A stretch of DNA of 64,000 nt from Piromyces finnis finn (Eukaryota > Fungi > Neocallimastigomycota), in NCBI GenBank assembly GCA_002104945.1, contig MCFH01000025.1:620001-684000 (forward strand). Reading direction: 5' to 3'. The notes below the pieces were generated by a model that did no database searches, was not told the DNA's origin, and was given only the letters and a program-made list of their open reading frames with translations. The position numbers and the translations under genes are program-made. Position 1 is the first letter of the stretch, and each line of letters begins with the position of its first letter. Shown piece by piece: positions 34,123 through 49,900 of this stretch.

Positions 34123-36284
34123 ATTGGTATATTTAAACTATTATTAAAATAAATAAAAAAATTAAATAAAAATTTAATTTATTATAAAATTGAGGTTTTG
34201 CTTTTCCTTTTAAAAAATAAAAAGGTTGTTAATTAAAAAAATAAATAAAAGTAGTGTGAAGAAAAAAAAATTTTTTTTAAAGGATTTCAATATTTATTTA
34301 TATTAAAATTTTTTTATTCCAAAATTTTATTGAATAAGAATGGCATTTAAAATAAATGGCTTACATATAATAATATAATAAAAATTATATATTAGTCTAT
34401 ATATGCAATAATAAATTATTTTGAAAAATGACATTAATAAAAAATAATTATGATATCATAAAAAATTTCCTTCATAACAATTTTAAGATGCTATTTAATG
34501 AGGAAATATATTAAAAGTTTATTTTATCATATATTATAATATAATTTGATATATTATTGAATTTATTTTTAATTTATGTTACAACTACAAAATAGACTTT
34601 TTTATTAAAATATGGTAATATATAAAATCTATTGATGAAAAATCAATTTTATAAAATAAATAATAATATATATTCTGTATATATTGTAATATAAATCATT
34701 ATATATTAATAATATATAAATTAATTTATTCTTTGTTGTGATTTTTGGAAAGTAAAAATAGAAGGTTTTAGATGAAAATAAAAAAGGCAGAAGAGGAGTC
34801 AGGAAGTTGCATGAAAAGCTGGCTTTTTTTTTTTAATATGAAAAAAGCCAACTTTTATTAGGCTTATTTCTTTCATTCCTACATTAAAGACATGGCAATG
34901 AAAAAGAAAGTAATATTCAAAACTTTAGGCATACTACACCTTAATTATCATTTATTTGTATTTTTTTTTAGTAATCCCTAAAAAAAAAGATTGTGACAGA
35001 GAAACTTTGTATTAATAAATGAATAAATAAATAAACAAATAAATATTATAATAATAATTAAATGTATGAATAATTAATAATTTTAATAAATAAGAATGTC
35101 TCTTTCTATTTTAATAATAGATCATGACAAATTTAATTTGAAATCATTCACGAAACCGACGATTTTAGTTGAAATTGATCTAAAAAAGAAAGACACCCAC
35201 ACACACGCAAACACAGATATGCCTTTTTTTAAAAAAAAAAAATAAAATAAAATTCTTACTTTTTATTTTTCAAGAACAAATAAATTCATCTTTTTTCTCA
35301 CACACCTCCAACTAGCAATGATTTTTAAGGCTTTATTAAAAAGAATGTAGCATCATCCTAAAAAGAGTCATCATTCTAAAAGGAATAAATTTAGTCAAGG
35401 ACGAAGGGAAGGAAGAAAAGAAGGAAGGAGTGTGTGAAAAGGACAATAAAAATGGAAAATGTTAATAAACATACATTCATTGACATCGCGATTTCCTTTT
35501 TCCATCATCAATAAATAAATAAATAATTAATTAATAAATTAAATAAATTTATTTTAATAAATAAATGAATAAATAAATTAGTAAATAAATAAATTAATAA
35601 ATAAAAAGCTTCCTTCCGTTGATTAAAAGCAATAGTTTAATCCCAACCAAACAAAAAATTTGTAAAGGTAAATTAATGGTTTTAAAAAATTCACCATAAA
35701 AAAGGGTATTTTTGATCGGTTGATATATAAATATCCATACTATAATTGTTTTTCACTTTATAAATCATCAAAATTACCATATAAATTTATAAAGTTGCCA
35801 TAGATTGGCTATTTTTATGGTTAAATAAAAAGTTGAACAAATCAAAATCCATAAAAATATTAAAATTTTCAAGAAATTTATGTATTTATTCCATTATAAA
35901 TGCTAAAAATATATAAAAAAATTTAATTTAAAATATACAAAAATTTAATTTATATGGAAAGAAATAAATAATAAATGGAATTATTTAGATATTTTCTATA
36001 AATTTTTAATAATTTATGGAAATTTATGATTTTTTATGGTAAATTATCAATAATTTGCCATATAAAATCAAAAAGGTTCAATTTCTTACAAATCAACTAA
36101 AAAAAGTTTATATGGAAAAAGTCAAATCCACTCCTCCTACATATTAGAAAGGAAGGAAAGTAAAAGGAAGGAAAGTGAATGTCATTTTAATAAATAGGAC
36201 ATTTATAAAATAAAGACTATGAAAACAATAAAATAAAAAGTAATATAATGATAAAGAAATATAAATGTTTATTAAATTATATAA

Positions 36285-36585
<301 letters not shown>

Positions 36586-38548
36586 TATATCAAAATAGAT
36601 TGTATTTTTAGTTTTTTTATTTATATATTCATTTATATATTAGATATTAGAATGTGTATATTGGTTAATAGTGTTATGAAAGAGAGGCAGTAGTATTTAT
36701 TTTTAAAAAGGGATGTTAAAAGTAATATAAAATATTATTTTTTTTTCAATTAAAAAAACCCATTCTAAAGAAAAAGATTAAAACTCTAATAAATTGTCTT
36801 TTTAACATGATATATAATCTTTTGATTTTATTATTTTTCTAGAGTTTTAATAATAAAATAAAATACACTCTTTTTAATATTACGTTTTATTTGTTTATTT
36901 ATTATTTGTTGTTAATAAACAATGTTCCTTTTATCCATTCCTTTACTCATTTGCCTTATTTATTTATTTATTTATTTATTTATCCATTTCTTTACTCATT
37001 TACCTTATTTATTTATTTATTTATTTTTTTACCTTATTCATTTATAATTCGTTGAATTTTATTGGTTAAAATGTTATTCCTAAAAAAGGATGATACATCT
37101 TTTATAAATGAATACATAAAAAAAAAGGAAATGGCTTTTTCTTTTTCTGGATAAAATGCATTTGTTATTATTATTACTATAACGATGATGATGATTTTCT
37201 TAATTATTTATGTATTAGATTGTTTATAAAAAAATGTATATAAAAATAATAATAGTTTAATCTTTTTCTTTTATTAAAATAAGAAAGTAATGAAAAGTAT
37301 TATTCGGAATTTGAATTTTTAAAGTTTAAATTATAATAAAAAAAAAAAAAGAAAAACCTTTTATTAAAAAAAATATATATCTATTTAATTACTTTGGAAT
37401 AGATATAAAAAGTTTTTATTATTATTTCCTCATTTAAAGTATCATTATTATAATCAAAAAATTTAAAAGCAAAGTATTATAATAAATAATCTCTTATGTA
37501 AAAAAAGAAACAGAGGTTTTTTTTTTGTAATCATTATTTATTAAAACAAACAAGAATTTAAAATAATTTTTTATTACTTTTATTTGAAGTTGTTTTATTT
37601 GCATATATGGAATAATACATAATACATAGTATTAATATATATTTCTTTTTTTTTCGCAGAAAGTTGTCACACTTTAAATTTCTTATAATTTAGATTGTCT
37701 TCAACCATTTCTAAAATTAAAGCCTTTTTTTTTTTTTTTTGATCTTAAATACTACATGTTACTAATGGTATAAATATGATGATATAGAAAAAGATATTTA
37801 AAATATTTAAGACATTTGTAGAAAAAAAAAAAACCTTTTTTTTAGATTAATTCAAATATTCCTTTCTTTTTTTTTTTTTTAATAAAATCATTCATTACGT
37901 TTGGAGTTAATTCATCCTTTTCCTTTTTTTCCTTCAAAATGAATTTTATTTTCTATTAAGTTTACATATATTAACAATATATTCTAATATATTATTTAAT
38001 TTAATGATCTAATAGATTAAATTATACCAAAAAAAGGTAAATGCTGGCAGATGTTAAAAATGATTTAATAATAAAAACTTCATTCTTATTTATTATTAGT
38101 TTATCATTGACGAATGAAATTTAAGCAAATGTTGATTTCACGTCACCAGAAAAAATGGCCAGAAAAAAAGAAACAACAACGACAATAAGGAATTAGTTTA
38201 GGAAATAAAATGGAAATGAAAATGAGAATGGCATTTATTATTCAATGGAAATGACCATCTTTTTCTAAAAAAAAAAAAAAAAAAATATATTTATATATCT
38301 TTTAACTAAAAAAAGAAAAACACTTTTTAATAAAAGTTGTAACAAAGCTTTAATATTTTTAATTAAAATTGGCATTTAAATATTATATATTGGAATATAA
38401 TGAAAATAAATGTTTTAATTTAATATATAATAAATGAAAATTTAATTAAAATAATTTATTAAAAAAAAAAAAGGAAAAGTCGATGAAACGTTGAAATGAT
38501 GATGAGAAATTGATGAATAAAAGAAAAGAAACCGGCAGCAACAACAAT

Positions 38549-38776
38549 AATAGTAATAGTAATAGTAATAGTAATAGTAATAGTAATAGTAATAGTAATA
38601 GTAATAGTAATAGTAATAGTAATAGTAATAGTAATAGTAATAGTAATAGTAATAGTAATAGTAATAGTAATAGTAATAGTAATAGTAATAGTAATAGTAA
38701 TAGTAATAGTAATAGTAATAGTAATAGTAATAGTAATAGTAATAGTAATAGTAATAGTAATAGTAATAGTAATAGT
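38549..38776. repeat. Perfect (AATAGT)38 microsatellite
   Basis: 228 bp of uninterrupted hexamer; it accounts for the spurious poly-L and NS ORFs. Confidence 0.97.
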
Positions 38777-39376
38777 AATCGGTAATACACAGGATATTAA
38801 CTATAATAAATATAATAATATAGATAAAATATAGATATGATGCTTATCCTAACAGAAATTATTCCTTTTAAAGTTTTTTTTTTTATTTATTTCTTTATTT
38901 TTTTAATTTTTTATTTACAATGAATGAAAGAACTTTTAAATGTAATTTTATCTTTATTTTTTATTTTTTTAATATTAGTTTAAAATTAAATAAATAAATA
39001 AAAATAAAGAGAATAAATACTGATCCTTTTTTTAAAGTATATTATAAAAAAAAATTCTATAAAAATTTTATAAAATGTTGAAAAAAAAAAAGGTGTTTAA
39101 AGGTATAGAAATTGATGGTGGTGAAAGGAGAGAAAAAAAAATTGATTCATTCATTTTAAAAAAAAAAAAAAGTTTTATGTATTCCTGAGGATGGATAAAA
39201 TGGTGGATGTAATATAAATAATAATAGAATGGTTAGATATCGATATTAAATAAAATAATAAAAAGGGATAAATGAAATTATAAAAAATGTATAGATATAG
39301 ATATTAAAAATAAATAATGTCCTATTGAGTTGATGAAAGAAAAATAAAATATATATATATATTCTTTCTTTCTATT

Positions 39377-39412
<36 letters not shown>

Positions 39413-39952
39413 AAAATCATTATTTCATAAAAGATAAATTATTATTGTGGTAATGAAAATAGTTGTGTGTTTTGTTTTGTTTATAATAGTATATTATTGA
39501 TATTGTTTATATTGATATTGATATAGTTTATATTATTGCTATATAGTGTATATTATTATTATTATTTTAAAAATTTATGGGTATATTTTCAACTTTTTTT
39601 TTTAATTCTAGGTGTGTCATAAATTGAAAACTTTTCTGATTTCAAGAGCGACTTGAAAAAAAAAATTCTTTTACTGACAAAGTATAAAGATAAAAAATTT
39701 TTAAAGTCTTGAAGAGTTGTTTTTTTTTTTTTAAGTGAAAAAAAAATTCTTTTTTCTTGTTTTTTTTTTTTGGTTTTTGTTTTTCATATCTTTTTTTTTC
39801 TTTTCTTTTTCTTTTTTTTTTTTTTTTTACTCTAGTGTTATCATGGTATTTATATACGATCTTCTTTTGGATTTCTTTTTTTTTTCGAAATTTTCTTTTC
39901 ATTATTACTTTTTTTTTCTCTACATGACTCTACTTTTTTTTTTTCAGAGTAA

Positions 39953-42900
39953 TTAATTTGTATTTTTGAGGGTAAAAGATGAAAGCTCTTGTCCTTGTAG
40001 CTCTTTCGTTCCTTCTTTCTTCAAATCCGAGACTTGAGAAGAATTCATCATCATTGTATCAACAAGTGTAGAAGTCATGGTATCAGGCATTGAATCAACT
40101 ACTGTGGGTATCATAGTTTCGGGAGAATCAACGACTTTAACATTCGATGAATTATCCATATAGTAGGAATTTACCTCATCACCATCACCATAAAGATTTC
40201 CTGGGCTAGAAGAAAAGTAATCCTCCATTTTTGGTAAATTTAAAATTTCACTGATATTAGTAAGGTTACTCACGTCTGATGGATATTGACTTACGCTTGT
40301 TCTACCATCTGGTGACATTAATATGGTGGATGAAGAGGATAAGGATTTATTTCTTAAATAATCTAATGACTTTTGACGTAATACAACTTTTTCTTTTGAT
40401 TTATTGGCTAGGTAGGAAGAATTAGCTTCAAGGGCAGAAAGTGAATACTTTCTTGACATTTGAGGCGCTGAACTTTTACGATGAAGAATTTTTATAGAGG
40501 AGGAATGTTGACTTTTTAATGATTTGTTACGTATAGGGAGAGAAGGAGCAATATGTTGTGTTGGGATGATAGATTGAGGAGGAATATAGGATTGAGGATT
40601 AAATTGTTGTGGAATAGGTGTAATGGTTTGAGGACTCGTCATCGATGGAAAAGCTATTTGAGGTGGAATGGCATACGGATGAGATGGTGAAGGTAGGTAT
40701 ACTTGAGGATTAAATAGTTGTTGTTGTTGCTGTTGCTGTTGCTGCAGTGATGAAAAAGATGTTTTAGGTGTATAGGATTGTGGCATATAGTAATGTTGTT
40801 GTTGTTGTTGTTGTTGTTGCTTTTGAAGAAGATAGTGTTGTTGTTTTAAAATGTGTTGTTGCATTTGTTGAATTTTAACACTATCAAATCTTAAATTTTT
40901 AACACTTTCTGCGTGTAATGAAGCGGATCGTTTTGTATATTTACTGCTATAAAGGTTTTTACGATGCTTTTCAATGGATTCATTGTTTTTGGATAATGCA
41001 TTTTCTTGGTTGATATTGTTTTCTTTATTCATATCATTAGTAAAAGTGATATTACTTTCTGTCGAAACATTAACATTGGAAAGTGATTTTGCAGTAGTAA
41101 TATCATAAGACATACTATCAATATCTTGCTTTTGTGGAGTTTGCGAATGGACGGGACTGTTAACTTCATTGGAATAAGGTATTCTATCTGAATTAGAGGT
41201 ATCACTATATCTATTATTATTGACTCTTGGATTTGTATTTGAACGATTATCCTTAGAAACAACGTAAGGAAGACTTTTTTGAGTTCTTGCACCAATACTG
41301 CCACCATTCACTTCATTACTTACGGTTCTTGGATAGATTTGATGAGCTTCCGAAGAACTTATAACCTTTTTCTTTTTATGACTCTTGTCTTGATTTGATT
41401 TAGCGGATGGTGCTTGCTTTTTCTTTCTGAAAAACCGACTCATACTTTGAGATTTAATAGCAGGAGGAGAAGCATACATATTAATATTAATCAAGGAAGA
41501 ACTATTATTTTTAGCATGTCTATTATTCAATCGATATAAATTCATGACTGGTGAATTAAGGGCAGGATTACTGTTATTAGCATCATTAATAATCATTGGT
41601 ATATTAGGGCATGATCCATTGAGTACAGTAACATTACTATCACTTGTAGTAGCCAATGATAATTGTAAACTTTGCTGACTTCCAGAATCAGCACTACTCA
41701 AACTTGTGGTTGTTGAATTACTATTCATAAACATGTTTTCTACACTTCTTAATGCTCTATTCTTTTCTTCTCGCTTAATATCTTTTATGAATTGACCTGA
41801 AAAAAATAATCCTATTATCGTAAACATTAAAAAGGTAGAAACGCCAAATGTTAATGGAATAGTTGGATCATTTCTAATGTAAATTTCCTTATGGGAATGA
41901 TAAAAATAATTACAACATTCATCATCCTCATTATTATTCTTTGTACAATATTCAGCTGCCATGTCCTTGTCAAGAAAACCTTTGTTATTTATTAAATTGA
42001 AAAAATAAAAATCAGGTATAATATATAATAGTATAATAAGTAATAGAGATGTTTAGAAGGATTATTTATATTATTTATATATAATAGTATAATAAATAAT
42101 AAAGATGTTTAGAAGGATTATTTATTTATATATAAATCACTTAAATAGTTCAATCTATTAAAAAAATTATGATTATTATTATAGTAAAACTCTTTTTATG
42201 TTGTTGTTACTGTTGTTGTTATGAGAATAATGATGACAATTAACACTAATAATGCAGTACTACTTTAATGATTATTTTGGGATAATAATAAATTTGTATA
42301 TATTTGTAAAAAAAAAAAACTTTTTCAATGGGATTGATATATAATGCTTACCACAATTATTTCTTTCACTATCTAAAATAAAACAATCTTCTGTATCTTC
42401 AGCATCCTCACAAATTTCTCTCAATTTATCTGTATATTGTATTCGTGCCTGATAAACATCCTCAGGTTGAGCATATTCTTCTAAAAATTCAATAGGACAG
42501 GTATCATTATTATTTAAAAAAGTTACCAATGAATTATAATATTCATAACATTGTTTTTTACATAGAGTGGGAAGTTTACTCTTTTTCACTTTTGATGAAG
42601 TTTTTTCGGTTTCTTCATCGTTACATAGCAATTCTTTGTAAGCATAATAGCATTGATAGGTACGACCATACCGGATTTCTGGAATATTTGTAATAAATAC
42701 AGATTGATCCCCAAAACTACATAAACCTTTTGTTTGAATCATTGTTAATGCCAAATAATCAGGGTAGTTTTCTCTTTCAATCTTTGCTTCTGGATCTAGA
42801 TAATAATCTACTGCTCTAACCTTTGATATTCTATATTTACTTATAGGAATATGTTCCAATCCACGACACATATTTGTCACTGTATTAATACAATATTCAT

Positions 42901-42988
42901 AGTTACTTTTGGCACTTACTATTAAATTGTACCATAAAACTAGTGATAGTTTTATGACTGTATTACTGAAATTTCCATAAAGAATCAT
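39953..42988 (-). CDS. Single-pass membrane protein: Cys-rich (Frizzled-CRD/Mid1-like) ectodomain, transmembrane helix, long disordered Ser/Gln-rich tail; two exons
   Basis: join(42988-42352, 41979-39953) with GTAAG...AAAG sites gives NNCG-FLDKDMAAEYC in frame; signal peptide; TM PLTFGVSTFLMFTIIGLFF; poly-Q tracts. The domain label is an inference. Confidence 0.75.
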
Positions 42989-45900
42989 TTTCTATTATTT
43001 TCAATATTTTGATACAATTTTTTTTTTTGAATTAGATAAAAAAAAAAAAGTTTAATAATAGAAAAATTTTTACTACTTGATTATCTATTGATATTGATAT
43101 GTATATAATGATTTAATAATTTTTATAATAAAAGGTATTTTTTAGGAAATTATTTTTTTATTGTTACTATTATTACCAAATAATATTATTATTGTTTTTA
43201 TTATCAATAATAGTAGTGATATGTAATGGTATTATTATTAATAGTATTAATAGCAATGATAATAATACTCAATAATAGTATTAATAATATTAATAGCAAT
43301 GATAATAATACTCAATAATATTATTAATAGTATTAATAGTAATGGTAATAGTATTCAATAGTATTATTAATATTATTAATTTTTAGTCAACTATTTTTAA
43401 AAGTTTTTTAAACTCTTTTTTTTAAATTAAAAAAAAAATATTGAGAATTATTATCAAAATACTTTAACTAATTTGAATTTATGTTTTTTTTTCCTTTTCT
43501 TTCTTAAAATTTCATAAAATTAATATTAAATTTTTTATCAAAATTGTGTTTTATTACGATAATTAATTTGTTGTAATTACTGTATGTTATTTAGGATAAA
43601 TAATAATATAGAGCAAATACCTTTTTTAAAAAAAAAAGCTTAAATCTATTCTTTGCATAAAAATATTTGTTTTCTATAATCGTTTTCTATGTGAATTTTA
43701 ATTCATTGGATATATGTACATTTAAAATAATTGATATATAATATAAAAAAAAAAAAAAAGCTTTATAAAATATTAAAAGTAATAGTTTGGTATTGATATT
43801 GGTGGTGGTGGTGTTGTTGTTAATATTTAAATGAGATAATATTTATAGAGCATAAACAAAAATGTACTATAAAGAATAATAATAATTATCTTTATAAAAG
43901 TTTTATTAAAAATGAATAGCATTAAAGAAATAAATGGTGAATAATTAATGAATAATTTATATAAAAGATACCATTACTTTATGTAAATTTAATGAAAAGT
44001 TTACTATTTTTATCACTTTTTTTTAATAATCTTTTATTCACTTTTTCAATAAATAAAAAAGGACAAATCAAACCATCAATGAACGAATCATAATTAATAA
44101 TAATAAATATTTTTTTTTTCTAAACTATAAAAAAAAGAAAAAAAAATTAATTTGCCTTCTTTTTTTTGTATGACAAAATTTTTAATTTTTTTTTCTTTCA
44201 ATTTATTTAAAATGTTAAAATTTCATTTATTCATATATTATTAATATATTTATTTAAATTGATTTAATATATATTTAGTTATATTTAATTATATTTGGTA
44301 TTTAAATAAATATAATTATTATTGTAGAAGACTTTCAATTTATTTTATTTAATTAAATATGATAAATATTAATATAAATATTACATTTATTAACAATGTA
44401 TTGAAATATATTATATAATAAGATTATATTTAATAAATTAATAAGATTGTATTTTATAATATATTAGAATATACTTTAATATATGAAACATTAATTTTAA
44501 AATTTTAAAATTTTAAAAGAGAGAAAAGGCAAAAAGGAAAATTGAAAAGCATCGTAAAGAAAAGTGCAGCTAATAATGAAGATGAAAATGATGGAGAGGA
44601 AAAGGAGAAAGGGGAGGGAAAAGGAAATTAAAGGCATCTTTTTTAAAGGTTAAAAAAATAGTTTTTCTTTCTATAATTATACTTTTTTAAATCATTATTA
44701 AAGAAGGCATGGAATGAAACTAAAGAAATGAATGATACCAACTTTTAAAGTCTTTTGAAATTGGAACTTTTTTTTTTAGTCCGTCATATAGTATGAAAAT
44801 AAGATTATTAATAAACTTATGAAATTTTACTTTTCCCTTTTTTCTATATTATCATCATTAGTAGTAGTAGTAATAATAGTAGGTAGTGATGATGTTAATG
44901 TAACATTAATGTAGTAGCATTGCTTTGCTTGATATCATTAATACTAATACAGTATATAGTTAAATGAATCGGTTATTTAAATTATAAAAACTTGATTTAA
45001 TAGAAAAAAGTAGTAATTATTTTCATGCGTAATAATAAAAATTATAAAGTCCGCTCATTTAAAAAAAAAAAAAAAAAAAAAAAGACTAAAAGGGACCAAA
45101 AAGTTCTCATTAAAAATTTTTATCTGTAGCATTACTACTATTACTGTTATTATTACTTTTAATGCAAATAAAAGATTCAAAAAATTGATTATATAAAATG
45201 GAAATGGTTGAAAAAAAAAAGTAATTTATAATCTTTAATAGCTACAAAGAAAAAAAAAAAAAAAAGGGTTTATTATGCTGTAACATTTCTTCCAAAAAAA
45301 AAAAAAGTATTCTTTTTAATTTTAAAATTGATTAAATTGTTTCTAATTAAACATCTAATGGCAATCTTTAATGATAAATTATACTCTTTTGGATTAAAAT
45401 GTTCAGTTTTATATTTAAAATGCATTCCTTTTTTTTTTTTTTAGAAAAAGAAAACCATCATATTTTACCTTTTTTCAATCTTTATTTTTTTGTGATCTTA
45501 TTTTTTAATTAAAGTAAATTTCCTTTTTTGGATGAATTTGTACAACTTCAATTACAATCAATAAAATGTAAAAATGGAGATAAACAATATAATAATATAT
45601 TATATAATGTATTATGAGTATATTTATATAATATATTAAATTATATTAAATTAAGCTTTTTTAAGATTTTTAAAATTGTTACAACAAAAAAAAGGCAATG
45701 TCAATTTTAATTATTTTGATAAAAAATTTAATTAATAAATAAATGAATAATTAAATAATTAATTAAATAAATAAATGAATAAATAAATTGATAAATAAAT
45801 AAATAATAAAATAGTATTAATAGTGGGGATGATGATTAATATTAATGGAGTGAATGATACTATTTAATAGAGGAAGATGATAATAATACCTAAATAATTA

Positions 45901-46639
45901 CCAATTACCTATTTTTTATGATAAAACTAAAGATAAAATGGAAATAAAAGAAAGTTATTTTTTTTTAATATTTGCCATTTTTAGATGAAATTGTATATTA
46001 AACTTTTTCGCATGGCAAATTTTTAATCAATAAAATAATGTAACAATCAGGATAAAATGTAATACGTTAATGTAATAGATGAAAAGTGCCAGCCTTCAAA
46101 ATAATGATATTCATTCCTCAAAGTATCTATTATACATTTATTTATTAATATACGAATTGTATTAACATATTCATCTACTACTATTATTAATAATATTATA
46201 ACAATAATGAATTAATACAAGTATATAACCATCTATTATTATTACTAATATGATCGATTTTAGCATATAACTAATAATATGTATCGAATTTAACATATAA
46301 TCACATACTACTACTAATATGTATCGATAAGTATATAAATCTATCATTATTCTAGTTTTTTTTATTTGTATTCTTTTTTTTTTACATGTTAATACATCAT
46401 ATATATGTTTATAATAAATTGAGAAGAAAAGAAGAAAAAAGAAAAAAAAAACTATAAATTATTTCTATTTCTTTTTTTTTTTTTTTTAATATTTTATTAT
46501 TATTGTTGTTGTTGTTGTATTTGATTTAGTTTAATAAAAATTGAATCATAATTTAGTATAAAATAAAAGATAATGGAACTAAAAAAAAAAAATTAAAGTT
46601 GTATCATTAAATAGGTCTAGGAAGGAATGAGATGTAAAA

Positions 46640-47470
46640 TTAACGTGGATGAAGTGAAGTGGCTTCAACTTCTGCTTTTATCTTTTTGGAAACAATACCA
46701 GTTGCTAATTCACGCTTTTCTTCATCTTCCTTTAAAGCATTATTAATTAATTCGGTAATTTCAGAAACTTTAACAGAGGCAATCTTTGTACAACGAAGAA
46801 TTTGATCAATTTCTAAAGGTATACCACCAGCTTTATGAATAATACATAATTCCTTATGTGAATTTAAGGTAATGGTCATATCACCTTCTTTAACTTGTTC
46901 TTCTAATAAATTTGGATCAACAACCATAAGATCTCTAAAAATGGTAATCAAAATTATTGGTTAATAGGATATAAATAATAATTGTTATGAATATATTAGA
47001 AATCAGAAATCATCCAGACAATATATAAATATAAATAATATAAAAGCATTTAATTCAATAATCAATAATAATAACTACAATGTTTTATTATTCATCTACC
47101 TATCTATCTACTATTACTTTCTTTTTATTATTATTATTATTGTTATTATTATTATTATTATTATGTTTATTATTATTATTATTATTATGTTTATTATTAT
47201 GTTTATTATTATGTTTATTATTATTATTATTTTATTAATGATAATATAAAGAAAAAACTTTATTTATATATTACTAACCCTTCATCAAAGAAAGCAAATG
47301 AAATACAAATTGGGGTATGGTGAATACTTAATGGAACTGGATTACATTGATCTAATGGAAGCTAAATAAATAAGCATCATCATAATAAATAATGAGATTA
47401 AAAACAAATACGATTATTTCTATTCTTTCTTTATTATTATTTTTTTATTATTATTATTATTTACTGTTTT

Positions 47471-47501
<31 letters not shown>

Positions 47502-48722
47502 ATGATATAAAAATAACATACAATAGTAACTTCATCATCTTCAATAACATATTCTGGTCTTCTGAAATGGTATAAAGCTGCAATAGCTGCAATGCATGCA
47601 CAATCAGTAATATTACCTTCATGATCAAGAACTCTAATATCAACTCTAATGGACCATACTTTTTCACCTGCAATAATACATAATCCTTCAGTATCAATAG
47701 CTCTACTTCTTCTTAATGATTTTTCAAGTAATCTACTAACAATAACTTCAAGTTCGGAAAGTCTATTATTTCAATAAAATATTAAAATAGTTTGATTTAT
47801 AATGTTACAATTTTATTCAAAAAAAAAGAAAAGAAAGAAAGAAAGAAATTATTATATATTATTTCATTTAATAAATTAAATATTGAAAAAAATATTAATA
47901 ATAAATAGATATAAATGTATTATACTTTAAATATTTACTTCTCTGGTTCAAATTCTGGTGAAGCCATTGGTGACATTTCAGTGTTGAATCTTAAGAAGCC
48001 TTCAGTTGGTTGATCTGGGTATGGTTTAACAACTTCCCAAGATACATTTGCAAAAACTCTATTAATAAATTATAATTTGGAAAAAAAAAATTGATAGTAA
48101 ATTAAAATGTTAATAACATGCATTATCCTATACTAAAATAATAATATTAAATCTATTTTAACAAAATTAAATTATAATCTTGATAAATAAAATTTAAATA
48201 GTAATTTAAAATGTAAAAAATCCATCTTATTAATAATAGCTAATAATTATGATATGATAAATAAATTTAAATAATAATTTAAAACTTAAAAATCTATCCT
48301 ATTGATAATAAATAATAATTATGATATAATAACTAAATTTAAATAATAGTTTAGATTGTAAAGCCCTAATCTAATATCATTATCAAAATTATATGTTTAT
48401 TTGAATATGGGTTAAAATCAATTTCTAAAGAAATTTCGAATTTAATTTTGAAAATGAATTTTAATAATAATTCATAAATTTTTATGCTATTTTAAAATTA
48501 TATCATCTTGTATTAAACTTTAAAATGTGTTTATATATATATTGTTTATACTATTAACCTTGTTTTTCCTAATTGAACTTGAACATGACCATATTGATTA
48601 CCAAATGTAATTTTTATATTACGAACATCATATATTCCTCTTCCATCAATTCTTTTTCCTTGTCTAAGAGCTTCATATAAAAAGTTCTTTTCGTTAATTG
48701 AAGGTTCCAATTCTCTGTTCAT
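46640..48722 (-). CDS. RRP45: Exosome complex component RRP45 (EXOSC9), five exons
   Basis: MNRELEPSINEKNFLYEALRQGKRIDGR, VQLGKTRV, AIDTEGLCIIAGEKVWSIRVDIRVLDHEGNITDC, LHKAGG-like C-terminus; exons 48722-48559, 48058-47939, 47762-47522, 47361-47279, 46934-46640. Confidence 0.95.
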
Positions 48723-49900
48723 TCTTTATTTAGTTATTACAATGTATTAAACTTTTATTGATATTATTATTGGATATAGATATAGGATTGACTAGGAATG
48801 GCGAGTAAAAATGAAAATGAGATTTATTGTTGAATTTAATGTATTTTCAATAATAAATAAATTTGGAAATATAAATGTGAGTTTATTTATATTATTAATT
48901 TTATTACTATTATTATTATTATTTTGTAATTGAATAGGCAATTAAAAGTTATGAAATTCCTGTGTAATACAATTTCAATATTTCAATATTTACCAAAACT
49001 AAACTGAAATTATCAATAGTTTTCGTTATTTTCAATAGTTATTGTTATTGAATTTTTTTGGATAATAGCCGTATCTTTTAATATTTTATTTAAAAAAACA
49101 GTTTATTATTTATACTCTATTCTTGAAAAAAAAATAAAATAAAATAAAAAGAATTATTATTAATAATTTCCAAAATTATGAATTGGGATTTTGAAACTAT
49201 CCTTACTTTTTATTATTATCAAAATTTTATAATTAAAATTTTATTATTTTTTTATTTTTCAAAAAAATTTAATATTTATTTTTAAATGATTTGATTGGTT
49301 AAAAAGTTGAAATTTTTGTTATGAAAAATGGTTGAAATTTTAAAAAAAAACCAAGTTTGAACAAAAGAAAGAAAAGGCATTTATTAAAAAATGTATATAT
49401 AGTATATCATAATACTATCTTTATTTTTAGTAGTATTGGTATCTTTTTTAAAATTAAAAGAATTATTATTAATAATTTAATTATTATTTTATTTAAAATT
49501 GAAAGCAAAATAAAAAAAGGTCTAGAGAAAGATAGCTTTTATGAATAAATTAATTTAAAAATATTACCTTTTTTCTATTATGGATTTCGTTTATTTTTTC
49601 TTCCTTTTCTTCTTTTTAATAATCTACAAAATAGTATATATTCATTGTATTTATAATGACATTCATAATTTTTAACTTTTTCTTAATATTTTTATTTGAA
49701 ATTAAAAAAAAAAAAAAAATCATGAAAAGTTTTAAATAAAAATTAAAATTTAAAAAAATATTTTAAATTAAATTTTTAAATTAATACTCTCATTTTTTAA
49801 ATTTTTTTTATTTTACTTTTTTTTTTTTTTACTTTAAAATTGAACAATAATAAGAATTTGTAAAGGTTTATAATTGTATTGCTGTATAGTTACAGAAAAA

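Noticed and set aside
38446-38790. Poly-Leu and Asn-Ser ORFs
   Set aside because: Translations of the AATAGT microsatellite
43230-43380. Short degenerate tandem duplications here and at about 42020-42130 and 46240-46330
   Set aside because: Low-complexity local duplications in intergenic or intronic AT-rich DNA with no further structure
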